DNA of 32,262 nucleotides from a virus, in the IMG/VR virus record IMGVR_UViG_3300045988_043480, positions 1 through 32,262 of that record, one strand, 5' to 3'. Position 1 is the stretch's first letter. Each line of letters opens with the position of its first letter. Both the position numbers and the translations under genes were made by a program. The notes under the pieces are model-generated. The model was not told the DNA's origin. It did not search any database and was given only the letters and a program-made list of their open reading frames with translations. Shown here piece by piece: positions 6,424 to 16,301 of this stretch.

Positions 6424-8511
6424 GTGAGCTTACTCAGCAATCTCCGCGACGGGTTTATGAGCGCGTTCGACCGCAACCACGCGCCGAGCATGTCCCCCAC
6501 TCCAATGGGCGGGAATATCTGGCAGCCGATGGGCGGCAACAGCATCCCCATGAACGACACCTACGATAACGTGTTCCCCTATGTGAACGCCATCGCCCAG
6601 CGGTTCAGCACGGTGATCCCCTACGCCGTGGACGCGGAGAACAGGCGTATCGAACCGGCCCCCGCACCGTTGGCCGCGCTCTACGCGCCCAACGACACCT
6701 ATTCCTGCCTCGAATTCCTGAAACTCGTTTGCGCCAGCATCCTCACCCAATCCCACTTGGACATCCTTATCTGGACAACCAACGGGCCGGGCGGAGACAT
6801 CACAGCCGACAACATCATCGGCTATACGCTGCTACCGTCCAACAGCCGCCAATACAATTCCACACGCTCCGACTGGTATCACCGCGTCACCATGGACTTC
6901 GGCGAAGGCGAACGAGTCTACGAATTCAGCCGTGATGAAACCATCGCCCTCAGCTACAGTCAGCATCCGAACGACCCGACGCGCGGCATAGCTCCAGCCA
7001 TGACCGTGAAGAAGTGGGCCAACGTGGACGACATGATCGCCGACTATGAACGTGGTTTCTTCGGCAACAACGCCGTACCTGCCGGAATGCTCGGCATCGT
7101 GTCCGAGAACACGGAGGACTTCCAGCGTAACCGCGACCGGCTCGAAAACACGTTCCGTGGAGCCGGGAACAACAACGGAATCGTCTATAACATGATCCCG
7201 GTTGACCCGATGACCCATAAGCCCAGCACCACCAGCAAACTCGTGTGGGTGCCGTTCCAGAACGCCAACGATACGCTGGACTTGCAGACCGTGAACGACG
7301 TGGTGAACAACCGCTTGTCGAACGCGCTCGCAGTACCGGACATTATTCGCGGCATCGACAACGGACAGACCTACGCCAACGCCGAACAGGCCGAACGCGC
7401 GTTCATCGAAAACACGTTAAAGCCGCTGTGTATGACGGTGTGGGATAAATGGCAGTTCGAGCTTGACCGCATCACCGGAGGACTCGGCTATGGCATCACG
7501 TTCGACCTCGATCTACCCTCCCAGACCGACGTGGAGAAGGTGCAGGCGGACACCCAGAAGGTGCGTATCGACTCGCTCACCCAGCTTCTAAGCATGGGTG
7601 CCAGTCTGGAATCTGCCGTGGACGCGCTCGGCCTCCCCGAAGCGTACAAGCGTCTGGACTTGCACCAGCAGGCTCCGACGCTGACTATCCCCATAGCCGC
7701 GAATCGATATGCGCGGAATATCAAACCGCAGGAAACGGCCACCGAGAACCGTATCCTCCCGGCGACGCGACGCTACGTGAACCGAGTAATCCGCATGGCC
7801 CGCCGCTCCCAGAACGGTTTGCGTGATGATCTGGAAGCCATCGGCGACCAGTGGATAAACGACGTGGAAGACGAGTTGATGACCAACCTCGCCGCCTACG
7901 CGCGACGCACCGGCTACGAGCTGGAGCAGGTCATCACCGCGTGGGCGGAAGTCCATCCGGAAAGCGCCATTGCCGTGGAGGTCGAGGGATACACCGCCGA
8001 TGATTGGCGGCAACTCTACTTCTGGAGCGAACTACCCGATACCGTGCGTGAAGCGTACTTGGAGCACTTGCGTAGCATCGCCAAGTCCACCAGCAAGACC
8101 ATCACGAACAACGTCCTTGAACTCCTGAACCGTGCCGACGTGGAACAGTGGAACGCGGAACAGTTGCGCGACCGTCTCGAACGATTGGGCAACGATCACG
8201 CCGAACTTATCGCCCGCTGTGAGACGGTGCAATCCCAGCGGCTCGGCAGCTTGTACAGCGCCCGCAACCTCAGCGAAACGCTCGGCGTCCGACTGGACAA
8301 GGTATGGCGCACTTCCGGTGACAGCAAGGTATGTGAATTCTGCCGCCACATGGAAGGCGACCGCATCCCGCTCGATGACACGTACATGGCTGAGAACGCC
8401 AGCGTGGAAATCGGAGACCGCACGTATGTCAACAACTTCGAGAGTATGCAGACGCCGAACGGACACCCCAACTGCCGTTGCTACGAGGATTACGAGGTGG
8501 TGGAATCATGA
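6424..8511 (+). CDS. Portal protein fused to a MuF / SPP1 gp7-like head morphogenesis domain
   Basis: 695 aa, GTG start after GAGGA. The N-terminal ~450 aa are portal-like. The C-terminus carries the MuF signature VWRTSGDSKVCEFCRHMEGD...NGHPNCRC. Confidence 0.85.
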   Translation: MSLLSNLRDGFMSAFDRNHAPSMSPTPMGGNIWQPMGGNSIPMNDTYDNVFPYVNAIAQRFSTVIPYAVDAENRRIEPAPAPLAALYAPNDTYSCLEFLKLVCASILTQSHLDILIWTTNGPGGDITADNIIGYTLLPSNSRQYNSTRSDWYHRVTMDFGEGERVYEFSRDETIALSYSQHPNDPTRGIAPAMTVKKWANVDDMIADYERGFFGNNAVPAGMLGIVSENTEDFQRNRDRLENTFRGAGNNNGIVYNMIPVDPMTHKPSTTSKLVWVPFQNANDTLDLQTVNDVVNNRLSNALAVPDIIRGIDNGQTYANAEQAERAFIENTLKPLCMTVWDKWQFELDRITGGLGYGITFDLDLPSQTDVEKVQADTQKVRIDSLTQLLSMGASLESAVDALGLPEAYKRLDLHQQAPTLTIPIAANRYARNIKPQETATENRILPATRRYVNRVIRMARRSQNGLRDDLEAIGDQWINDVEDELMTNLAAYARRTGYELEQVITAWAEVHPESAIAVEVEGYTADDWRQLYFWSELPDTVREAYLEHLRSIAKSTSKTITNNVLELLNRADVEQWNAEQLRDRLERLGNDHAELIARCETVQSQRLGSLYSARNLSETLGVRLDKVWRTSGDSKVCEFCRHMEGDRIPLDDTYMAENASVEIGDRTYVNNFESMQTPNGHPNCRCYEDYEVVES

Positions 8512-8648
8512 CTTACGACATTCATTGTAAACGCTGCGGACGCTACCTAGGCTCCTGCGCCCGCGACACCATGGTTACATTGAAGTGCCCGAACTGCAAA
8601 GGCCTGGACACGTATCGCATCGTGCTACTATGGGGGTCAGAACATTAA
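8508..8648 (+). CDS. Com-like zinc-ribbon protein (46 aa)
   Basis: ATGA overlap with the portal stop. Translation MTYDIHCKRCGRYLGSCARDTMVTLKCPNCKGLDTYRIV. The C-x2-C-x16-C-P-x-C-K spacing is the same as in phage Mu Com. Confidence 0.6.
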   Translation: MTYDIHCKRCGRYLGSCARDTMVTLKCPNCKGLDTYRIVLLWGSEH

Positions 8649-8701
8649 GCCCATTAAGGACGTTCGACCGCACCACTACCCTACTAATTGAAAGGGCCAA
8701 G

Positions 8702-10519
8702 ATGAAGACTCGTAAGAGCTTCGCCAACAGCGGTGCCCCAGAAACCAATGGCCGTACCCTCACCTTCCTCGCCAACAGCGGCAAAGTGATGTGCGACGGA
8801 CTCACCGTAGACCTCAAGACACTCAAAGCGCCGCTTATCGACGGCAGCCTGAAACTGGTGTCCGACCTCACCGAGTCCGACAAACTATCCCTCCCGCTCC
8901 TGATCGACCACATGCCCAGCATCGAATGCCAGGCGGGTGCAATCACCCGACTTTGGATAACCGATGACGGGATGATGGCCGAAGCGAAACTCAGCGAGGT
9001 AGATCAAGGCGAACGCATCCGCCAGCTCGCCGCCGACGGATGTTTGACCAATAGTTTCAGTATCACCGTTGAATTCAACCAGAGTCCCGGCAAGGACGGT
9101 ATTATCCACGATGGCGAATTGCTGGAAATCAGCGTTGTGTATCGTGGTGCCGACCCACGGGCCGCTTTCACCGCAATCAACAGTCGAAACAACACGAACG
9201 GAGACACCATGAACCCGGAACTCCTGAAGAAGCTGGCGCGTACCATCGCCCAGTTCAAACTCACCCCGGACGAGGCGGAACAGCTCACCACGTCCATCGG
9301 TGAGATCATGCAGGGCGCGCTTGATGACATCACCGAAGCCATCGGCGAACAGTCCGACTCCAACAATGAGGAAAACACCCCTGCTCCGGAGGAACCCGTG
9401 CAGACTTCCAGCGGTCGCCAGACCATCATCATCAACAAAGCCAACCACGCCGCCCACCAGTCGGGTACCGTGAAGTTCTCCCACGATCGCAAGACGTGGC
9501 TGGACTCCGACGACGCCATGATCGCTTTCGAGCGTGCCCTGATTGATACCGATAACAAGGGTGTCGAAGCATTCCATAAGGAGTGGGCGGACACCGTGAA
9601 CCGTAACATGGCGGATACCGCGTCGTTCGGCGTGGACGCTACCAACGTGACCAAGTTCATTCCGACCGAGGCCATCACTACGATCTCGGACGCTTTGAAC
9701 ACTCGCGGCTCCGGCCTGTGGAACCTGCTGCGCAAGACCGGCATGGATCGCCTGACCATCGGCGGCAACGTTGCTGGTCTGACCGAGCAGACCCGCGCCT
9801 ACGGCTACCCGGTGTCCTCCTACGGCACGGAGAAGACGGAACAGAAGCTTTCGTTCGTGAAGCGTGAGCTTCAGGCCGACTACACCTACAAATACATTAC
9901 GTTGAACAAGGGTGATATTCGCCGCACCCAGCGTCCGGGCGCTCTGCTCCGCTACGTGTTGCAGGAGCTGCCGAACTACATCATCCAGACCATCGAGCGT
10001 CAGGTTACGCTCGGCGGCTACACGGATATGGCTCACTTCCGTAGCGTGGTGACCGACGCGGCAGACAATTCGTCCGAGTGGGAGGGCAACCGTTTCGCGC
10101 TCTCCTACACCATGACGGATAACGCTCCGCTGATGGACTTCGTTCGCGCCTCCCACATGGTTCGCGCGCAGGGCAACAAGGTGCTGCTGTGCAACGCTGA
10201 TACTGTTGCCGACCTTCTCATGTCCGCGAACGCGAACGGTAACACGTTCATCGCTCTCGGCGGTGACGATACTCTGGCCCGCGCCCTCGGCGTTAACCAG
10301 ATCATCACCCCGGAATGGTGGACTGACACGGACGACACCAAGACTATGGGTGTCATCATGGCCGCGTCCCACTACGCTGTGGTTGGCGATACGTCCATCG
10401 AGGCGTTCACCAACTTCGCGCTCTCGACCAACACCAACGAGTATCTTCAGGAGATTTACGCTGGTGGTGGTCTGGACGCGGAGAAGTCCGCCGTGGTCAT
10501 CAAGCCGAAGGGTGAATGA
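8702..10519 (+). CDS. Prohead protease (S78/HK97-type), scaffold-like linker and HK97-fold major capsid protein as one fusion
   Basis: The N-terminus has LLIDHMPS, SFSITVEF and ISVVYRGADPRA, typical of HK97-family proteases. A coiled-coil acidic segment follows, then a ~300-aa capsid-like C-terminus. Start chosen at MKTRK after AAAGGG. Confidence 0.8.
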   Translation: MKTRKSFANSGAPETNGRTLTFLANSGKVMCDGLTVDLKTLKAPLIDGSLKLVSDLTESDKLSLPLLIDHMPSIECQAGAITRLWITDDGMMAEAKLSEVDQGERIRQLAADGCLTNSFSITVEFNQSPGKDGIIHDGELLEISVVYRGADPRAAFTAINSRNNTNGDTMNPELLKKLARTIAQFKLTPDEAEQLTTSIGEIMQGALDDITEAIGEQSDSNNEENTPAPEEPVQTSSGRQTIIINKANHAAHQSGTVKFSHDRKTWLDSDDAMIAFERALIDTDNKGVEAFHKEWADTVNRNMADTASFGVDATNVTKFIPTEAITTISDALNTRGSGLWNLLRKTGMDRLTIGGNVAGLTEQTRAYGYPVSSYGTEKTEQKLSFVKRELQADYTYKYITLNKGDIRRTQRPGALLRYVLQELPNYIIQTIERQVTLGGYTDMAHFRSVVTDAADNSSEWEGNRFALSYTMTDNAPLMDFVRASHMVRAQGNKVLLCNADTVADLLMSANANGNTFIALGGDDTLARALGVNQIITPEWWTDTDDTKTMGVIMAASHYAVVGDTSIEAFTNFALSTNTNEYLQEIYAGGGLDAEKSAVVIKPKGE

Positions 10520-10713
10520 TGAACGCTGAAATGTACGCACGAGTCGGCGGCAAGGCGCTGCCCGAAGACAACGTGAACACGGTTAAGGTCATCAACTTTG
10601 TTGACGAAGAGGGCCAGCCTGTCGGTAAGGCCGCTCACGTTGACCCGACCACTGGCACGGTAACGCAGGTGGTGAACGCTCTGATCGCCGCAGGCCTGAT
10701 GGCGTCCGCCTGA
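10516..10713 (+). CDS. Small head-associated hypothetical protein
   Basis: 65 aa with an ATGA overlap with the capsid gene stop. A strong terminator follows. Confidence 0.5.
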   Translation: MMNAEMYARVGGKALPEDNVNTVKVINFVDEEGQPVGKAAHVDPTTGTVTQVVNALIAAGLMASA

Positions 10714-10749
10714 CACGCTACCCTAAACAGTAGCGGGACTGCACCGCAA

Positions 10750-10793
10750 AGGCCCTATCTCCTACAATGGGAGGTAGGGCCTAACTCATTTTC
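10750..10793 (+). terminator. Intrinsic terminator after the capsid module
   Basis: Hairpin aggccctatctcc / ggaggtagggcct (13 bp, one G-T pair, 6-nt loop) followed by a T-rich tract (cattttc). Confidence 0.6.
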
Positions 10794-10806
10794 GGAAGGA
10801 GCAACC

Positions 10807-11469
10807 ATGGACATCGACGCAAGCGTAATCGACCAAGTGGGAGAAGCCACCTACGCGCGGTGGAAAGATGCCGCGCTCGCAGACCTCGCCAACATTCTAT
10901 GCCAAAAAGCCCTATTCCAGATCACGGATGATTACGTGGGAATCGTCGTAGGAGACGGTCGCCACGTAGCACTAATGGCATGGTACTCGGATGTGACCAA
11001 CGTGCAGACCACCGACGGCGTGAAACTCGATTACCGGGTGAACTACACTATGGGCGACGGGTGGACGCCCGAAACCAAGTACGCGAACTGCCTGACCATT
11101 GCGCAACGTCTCGCGGTTGGCACGGCAGTAACCGTGACCGGTACACACGGTTTCGCCAAACTGCCCGCCCCATTATCTTCGGTGCTGGCGGCGGTCATCG
11201 AGGCGGATCAGAGCATTCTTGAGCAGACCGACCGTCTCACGTCCAAGAGTATCGAGGATGTGAGCGTGAGTTACGCCACGGTCAACGAGACGGCAATGGA
11301 ACGTGCGTTGACGCCGTACCAGTCTCTTATCAACCAGTGGAGCCTATGCCGAAACGGCGGCAACAGTGGCGGTATTCTCTCCATGCCGCGCAAGCATCAT
11401 AATCTTCCGTGGTGGTTGAACGCTCAGGATTACGTGGGAGGTGACTACGCTTATGGCAGCGTTTTGTGA
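10807..11469 (+). CDS. Head-tail connector / adaptor candidate
   Basis: Assigned by position, directly after the capsid module. 220 aa with RBS GGAAGGAG. No strong motif recognised. Confidence 0.45.
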   Translation: MDIDASVIDQVGEATYARWKDAALADLANILCQKALFQITDDYVGIVVGDGRHVALMAWYSDVTNVQTTDGVKLDYRVNYTMGDGWTPETKYANCLTIAQRLAVGTAVTVTGTHGFAKLPAPLSSVLAAVIEADQSILEQTDRLTSKSIEDVSVSYATVNETAMERALTPYQSLINQWSLCRNGGNSGGILSMPRKHHNLPWWLNAQDYVGGDYAYGSVL

Positions 11470-11824
11470 CCCGTTCCTACTGTTCCCGAACCAAGTCCAG
11501 ACGGCGACGCTTTGGCGGTACACTGCTCCCGGCCTACCTAACGAACAATTGGCCGACTTGCAGGTGATTGTGAAGCACTCCACCCAGTCCGACCAGCCGA
11601 CCGAATACGGTTCGCGTATCAGCAGCCGCCGCTTCCACATTAAAACGGATACGGTTCCAGGGAGTCTGCGGGAAAACATGGAACTATGGCCCGACCTTAT
11701 GCTGCAACTTGAAGACGGCAGAGTCTATCAAGTCACCCAAGCCAGTCGCGGCGACGACATGGACATGGGACAGACCCGATTCATCACCGTGTACGGGAAC
11801 CCGTATGGCAGGGACAGCATATGA
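11441..11824 (+). CDS. Head closure / head-tail joining candidate (start uncertain: 11441 or 11453)
   Basis: Assigned by position and size only. It overlaps its neighbours, which suggests translational coupling. Confidence 0.4.
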   Translation: MTTLMAAFCDPFLLFPNQVQTATLWRYTAPGLPNEQLADLQVIVKHSTQSDQPTEYGSRISSRRFHIKTDTVPGSLRENMELWPDLMLQLEDGRVYQVTQASRGDDMDMGQTRFITVYGNPYGRDSI

Positions 11825-12144
11825 GCTACCGGCTAAAACTGACCGCTGATTGGACGCGCAAACTCTCCACGCAACAGCTCAACGAAGGTGGCGTGAAGAT
11901 GATGACGGACATTCTCAAGATGGCACGCCAGAACGCGCCCGTCTTGACCGGAGCGCTGCGGAACAGCGGACGTTTTCAGCAGCTCTCCACCGTCAAGTGG
12001 CGTATCACGTTCGGCAACGCTCGTGTTCCCTACGCTCGCATCCGCGAATACACCAACCGGCTACACCCGAACACGGTACGCTACCTACAGCGGGCACGAA
12101 ACACTGCCGCCTCCCGTGCCAAGTCGTATTTCAACCTAGGATAG
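11821..12144 (+). CDS. HK97 gp10-family tail completion protein
   Basis: MARQNAPVLTGALRNSGRF matches the AP-x-x-TG-x-L-R-x-S signature of the HK97 gp10 family. Confidence 0.7.
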   Translation: MSYRLKLTADWTRKLSTQQLNEGGVKMMTDILKMARQNAPVLTGALRNSGRFQQLSTVKWRITFGNARVPYARIREYTNRLHPNTVRYLQRARNTAASRAKSYFNLG

Positions 12145-12154
12145 GAGCAAAACC

Positions 12155-12583
12155 ATGATTGATCTGGCCATGTGCATGACCCTGCAAAACGAGGGTTTCG
12201 GCACTTACGGTAAGACCCTGTTCTTCGGCACCAGTCCCGTATTGGACACGGGTAGCGTCACGAACGCCGAGGGCATCTGGGTCAACGCGAACACCGTGGA
12301 TATCAACGGCGACCTGTATACCGACCAGTTGACCATCAGTAGCCGCTACTTCGACGTGATCGAGCAAGGACATTTGATGCTCAGGTTATTGCGTTTCGTC
12401 AACAACAAACTGCATGACTATTGCAGGCTCACCTGCGACCCCATTGCTGATATAGACTTCACATCAATCCGCGTGCATCCGGCGACCGCCATAGACATGG
12501 ACGCCATCGACGGGGAAGGCCGATGGGTGAAAAGCATCCGGTTCAACGTGGATTACAAACTCGACCCAGCAACGGTAGAATAG
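12155..12583 (+). CDS. Tail terminator / minor capsid-like protein
   Basis: It lies immediately upstream of the major tail gene. 142 aa. Confidence 0.4.
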   Translation: MIDLAMCMTLQNEGFGTYGKTLFFGTSPVLDTGSVTNAEGIWVNANTVDINGDLYTDQLTISSRYFDVIEQGHLMLRLLRFVNNKLHDYCRLTCDPIADIDFTSIRVHPATAIDMDAIDGEGRWVKSIRFNVDYKLDPATVE

Positions 12584-12635
12584 GAACCGTCCAATAGTCG
12601 CGCGTGTGCAGTCCCGCCCGACGAAAGGACAAACA

Positions 12636-13463
12636 ATGGCTTCCTACCCCCTTATCGGCAAGAAGACAGTCTATATTGACGATCTGGTGATTAGCCCCGA
12701 CTTCGTGCAGGACGAAGTGGGCACCATCACCCTGACCCCCGGCACCACCGAGGTGGCTTCGCAGTCCGGCACCATCAACGTGCCGAACGGCTCGTATGAG
12801 GAAATGAGTTTCGAGCTGAACATCATCTGCCCGAGCGTCCGATTCCTCGGCATGCTGTTCCCCGAGCTGTACCATAACGCGAAGTTCAAGCGCGTTATCT
12901 CCGGTGCAATGTCCGAAACGGGTCAAGTGCGTTTCGGCGGCAACGAATGCGTCTCGAACACTCCGAGGGATATCATCATCCATAACGTGTGCGACGGTCA
13001 TTCGTCCGCGCAGGACTTCCGTATCCCGCAGGCGCTAATCAGCGCGGGCGGCGAGTTCACCATCAGTTTGTCAGACCCGTTCGTGGTCACGCTGACCGGC
13101 ACGATGACCTCCGGCGCGAACGGTGCCGTGGCCATGGGTGAGCTTGATCTGGATACCCCGTCGTACTACGACGAGGATTCCGGCACCATCAAGACGGAGA
13201 ACACTGAGATCACCGCGCTTACCGCATCCCCGGCGAACATCTCCGGCAGCATTGGCGATCATGTGACGGTGAATGTGGTGGCGTCTCCGAATGGTGCGAC
13301 TGGTACCATCACCGCCACCGTAAACGAAAACACTAAGGCTTCCGCTACGGACAACGGGGACGGCACTTGGGATATCGAGTTGAAGCAGAGCGGTGCGGGT
13401 ACCGTCACGTTCAAGGATGGCAGTGTTCAGACCGTGGTTAACTTCAATGTCACCGGTGACTGA
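12636..13463 (+). CDS. Major tail protein with a C-terminal Ig-like (Big_2-type) domain
   Basis: ATG after GAAAGGAC. The C-terminus ITALTASPANISGSIGDHVTVNVVASPNGATGTITATVNENTKASATDNGDGTWDIELKQSGAGTVTF is Ig-like. A hairpin follows the gene. Confidence 0.75.
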   Translation: MASYPLIGKKTVYIDDLVISPDFVQDEVGTITLTPGTTEVASQSGTINVPNGSYEEMSFELNIICPSVRFLGMLFPELYHNAKFKRVISGAMSETGQVRFGGNECVSNTPRDIIIHNVCDGHSSAQDFRIPQALISAGGEFTISLSDPFVVTLTGTMTSGANGAVAMGELDLDTPSYYDEDSGTIKTENTEITALTASPANISGSIGDHVTVNVVASPNGATGTITATVNENTKASATDNGDGTWDIELKQSGAGTVTFKDGSVQTVVNFNVTGD

Positions 13464-13473
13464 GCATAAGTAA

Positions 13474-13511
13474 CGCCCGCCACCGGATCGGCACGGTCAT
13501 GGTGGCGGGCG
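13474..13511 (+). terminator. GC-rich hairpin after the major tail gene (terminator or attenuator, no U tract)
   Basis: cgcccgccacc (13474-13484) pairs with ggtggcgggcg (13501-13511). Confidence 0.4.
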
Positions 13512-13573
13512 CGGGAGAGAGAAGGTTCCGAGAAGGGGAACAAGATCAATGATATCACACGATTGGAGCAATA

Positions 13574-13927
13574 ATGACTACCCCGGTTTTAAGCATCGAT
13601 ACCCGCGAAGCGTTCCGCACCCTTACGGTGAAGCTTGACGGCACGGTGTACACCATGCGTCCGCTCGGCTCGAAGGATATGCTAACGATTCTGGATAATG
13701 CGGAGACGATCGACAAGCTGAGCGCTGGCGTGGCCAACCGTGAGACGTTGGAAACAGCGGAAAAGATTATCTTCCCGTTGGTCGAATCGCTTATGAGTCC
13801 CGCCGATAAATTCTACGAGTGGGCTTCGCAGACCCGCCAGCGTAGCGACCTCGCCTATCAGCGTGCCATGACCGCGTTGTCTGGGCTTATGGCGAAGAAC
13901 ATCACCGTTGCCATCAAGGGCGAATAA
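13574..13927 (+). CDS. Tail assembly chaperone candidate
   Basis: It lies between the major tail and tape measure genes. 117 aa. Confidence 0.55.
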   Translation: MTTPVLSIDTREAFRTLTVKLDGTVYTMRPLGSKDMLTILDNAETIDKLSAGVANRETLETAEKIIFPLVESLMSPADKFYEWASQTRQRSDLAYQRAMTALSGLMAKNITVAIKGE

Positions 13928-14256
13928 TGAAGTCGTGGGATAGCCTGCTCACTCCCGCCGAACGGGAGAAGATGCGGAAATTCAAGCAGCAGGAACAAGC
14001 ACGCCGCCCGCTGCCGTCCGTTCGTATCCTCGCTGAACTCGGTGACATGTACGGGTGGCAGGCTATCCGCGACGTGCTGGAAAACAACGTTGACCCCGAC
14101 CTTATGATGCGACTTCTACGGGAGGGCCGGAACGTGCGGCGCAAGCATCTGGCCGACCAGTATCGCATGATGTTTGAGAGCATCGCCGCCGCTTTCACTA
14201 AGCATGGCGACCGCAAGATTAACGCGATCATCGAAAAACTCGGGAAGGACTCGTGA
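13927..14256 (+). CDS. Second tail assembly chaperone-position protein
   Basis: It sits in the -1 frame relative to 13574..13927 but has its own ATG (TAATG overlap) and an AAGGG RBS. Confidence 0.5.
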   Translation: MKSWDSLLTPAEREKMRKFKQQEQARRPLPSVRILAELGDMYGWQAIRDVLENNVDPDLMMRLLREGRNVRRKHLADQYRMMFESIAAAFTKHGDRKINAIIEKLGKDS

Positions 14257-16301
14257 TGGCCGACGCGACACTGACCCTAGATGCCGAGATCAACACCGGC
14301 GATTGGAACGCTGGCGTCAAGGATATTCAATCTGGTAGCAGGCAGATCGAGGAATCGGCGCGGCAGGCTGATGAAGCGTTGGAAGGCGTTGACAAGTCTG
14401 CTAGCAAGTCTTCCAGCGGGTTCGGTAAGTTCGGTGCCGCCGCTGGTGCCGTTGGCGGTCTGGTTTCCTCTGGTATTGGCATGGCTGTGGACGCCATTGC
14501 CGACCTTACCGGGGATATCGTGGAGGCGTCCGATTCGGCGGACAAGTTTAAAAGCACGTTGAACTTTGCCGGGTTGGATACGGGTACGATTGACGCGCTC
14601 ACGGCCAGTACTCAGGAATACGCCGACCAGACCGTGTATTCCATCAGTGATATTCGCAATGTCACGGCCCAGCTTGCCGCGAACGGCGTGCAGGGTTTCG
14701 ACCAGTTGGCTGAAGCCGCTGGCAATTTGAACGCGGTCGCCGGTGGCAACGCGGAAACTTTCAGCTCTGTAGGCATGGTGCTTACGCAGACCGCTGGCGC
14801 GGGCAAGCTCACTACCGAGAATTGGAACCAGTTGGCCGACGCCATACCGGGTGCTTCAGGCAAGCTTCAGGAAGCGATGCTGAAGAACGGCGCTTATACC
14901 GGGAACTTCCGCGACGCGATGGAGAAGGGCGAAATCTCAGCGGAGGAATTCAACAAAGCCATAATGGACTTGGGTATGACCGACGCCGCGAAGGAGGCCG
15001 CTACCAGTACGGCGACCATCGAGGGCGCTATGGGTAATCTGCAAGCGTCCGTGGTTGGCGTTGGTACGACGATTCTTGACCAGTTCAAAGGCCCGTTGAC
15101 TTCGGGCATCAGCATGTTGGCGCAGGGCATCAGCGGACTCTCTGGCGTGTTTACCGGGATGGTACAGACTATCGGCCCGATTCTATCGCAGATCGGCACC
15201 GTGTTCCAAACGGCTTTCGCACCCATTGGAACGATGATTACCACGCAACTGCTCCCCGCTTTGCAGCCGCTTATGATGGCGTTGCAGAATCTCGGGAGCG
15301 CAGTCATGCCCGTCATCATGACCGCGATCCAGACTATCGCGCCCGTGTTGGCAACCGTGGTGAGCAACGTCATCCAGACCATGACAGTCATATCCACGGC
15401 AGTGACTCCCGTAATCAACGGTATCGCCAGTGTGATTCAGGCCGTGCTGCCAGTCATCCAGTCAGTCTTCCAGACATGGGGAGCCAGTATTCAGGGCGTC
15501 ATCAACGCGGTTTTCCCGTTCATCCAGACCGTTATCGAATCGGTGATGAACGTAGTCAACGCGATTATCAGTACCGTTCTGGCGGCTATCAACGGCGACT
15601 GGTCTGGCGTTTGGGAAGGAATTCAGAGTATCGTTTCTAGCGTTTGGGACGGTATCCAGAATATTGTTTCTGGTGCCATCAATGCAGTGTCAGGCGTCAT
15701 ATCGAGCGTGCTGAGCGGCATCAGCAGTATTTTCAGCAGTGTGTGGAACGGCATCAAGGGCGCTGTGAGTGGCGCGTGGAACGGTATCACTAGTGCCGTG
15801 AGCAACGGGGTTAGCTCTATGATGAATTTCATCACCAGCATCCCCAGCAAAATCATGGGCGTGTTCAGTGGTGCCGGTTCATGGCTTCTCAGCGCTGGAA
15901 AGAACATCATTGATGGTCTGATTAACGGCATCACGAACGCCATCGGCGGTGCCATTTCGGCAGTCAAGGACGCTGTTGGCGGTATCATCGACGGCGCTAA
16001 GAGCCTGCTAGGCATCGCGTCCCCGTCCAAGGTGTTCGATCGTGAGATCGGTCGGATGATTCCGGCTGGTCTTGGGCGTGGCGTATCGGAGAACGTGCGT
16101 GCGGCCACTCGTCCGGTGGAGGACATGGTGAATTCGCTTCTGCCGTCGTCCATCGTGACTCCAATGCCGGTCATGTCTAACCCGGTGCCCATGAACGCGA
16201 ACAGTGGCCCGCGTGTGAACGCGCCTATTACCGTGAACGCGCTTGACCCGAACGCCGCCGCTCAAGAGACGGTGAGGGTGATTAATTTCCATTACGTGTG
16301 A
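14256..16301 (+). CDS. Tape measure protein
   Basis: About 681 aa, Ala/Gly/Ser-rich with a repetitive helical pattern (...VSGAINAVSGVISSVLSGISSIFSSVWNGIKGAVSGAWNGI...). The position is canonical. An alternative GTG start is at 14253. Confidence 0.9.
   Translation: MADATLTLDAEINTGDWNAGVKDIQSGSRQIEESARQADEALEGVDKSASKSSSGFGKFGAAAGAVGGLVSSGIGMAVDAIADLTGDIVEASDSADKFKSTLNFAGLDTGTIDALTASTQEYADQTVYSISDIRNVTAQLAANGVQGFDQLAEAAGNLNAVAGGNAETFSSVGMVLTQTAGAGKLTTENWNQLADAIPGASGKLQEAMLKNGAYTGNFRDAMEKGEISAEEFNKAIMDLGMTDAAKEAATSTATIEGAMGNLQASVVGVGTTILDQFKGPLTSGISMLAQGISGLSGVFTGMVQTIGPILSQIGTVFQTAFAPIGTMITTQLLPALQPLMMALQNLGSAVMPVIMTAIQTIAPVLATVVSNVIQTMTVISTAVTPVINGIASVIQAVLPVIQSVFQTWGASIQGVINAVFPFIQTVIESVMNVVNAIISTVLAAINGDWSGVWEGIQSIVSSVWDGIQNIVSGAINAVSGVISSVLSGISSIFSSVWNGIKGAVSGAWNGITSAVSNGVSSMMNFITSIPSKIMGVFSGAGSWLLSAGKNIIDGLINGITNAIGGAISAVKDAVGGIIDGAKSLLGIASPSKVFDREIGRMIPAGLGRGVSENVRAATRPVEDMVNSLLPSSIVTPMPVMSNPVPMNANSGPRVNAPITVNALDPNAAAQETVRVINFHYV

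Noticed and set aside
8885-10540. A 551-aa ORF on the minus strand, and similar long antisense ORFs (e.g. 9004..9768, 14894..15418, 15623..16192, 27203..28159, 28123..29385)
   Set aside because: They are antisense to genes with clear family signatures (capsid, tape measure, YqaJ). Their composition is Arg/Gly/Val-rich and low-complexity, as expected for GC-rich antisense frames. They lack RBSs.
13549-13560. TGATATCA palindrome upstream of the chaperone gene as a sixth copy of the early operator
   Set aside because: It lacks the 5-bp spacer and the full 7-bp arms of TGATATA-N5-TATATCA. It is an 8-bp palindrome that could occur by chance, and no TTGNNN hexamer sits at 17 bp.
13846-13927. Canonical -1 programmed frameshift between the two tail assembly chaperone ORFs (G/GT arrangement)
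   Set aside because: The second ORF is in the -1 frame, and that frame is open from 13846. However, no X_XXY_YYZ heptamer in the right phase exists in that window, and the second ORF has its own ATG with an AAGGG RBS. I annotated the two as separate genes, although a non-canonical shift cannot be excluded.
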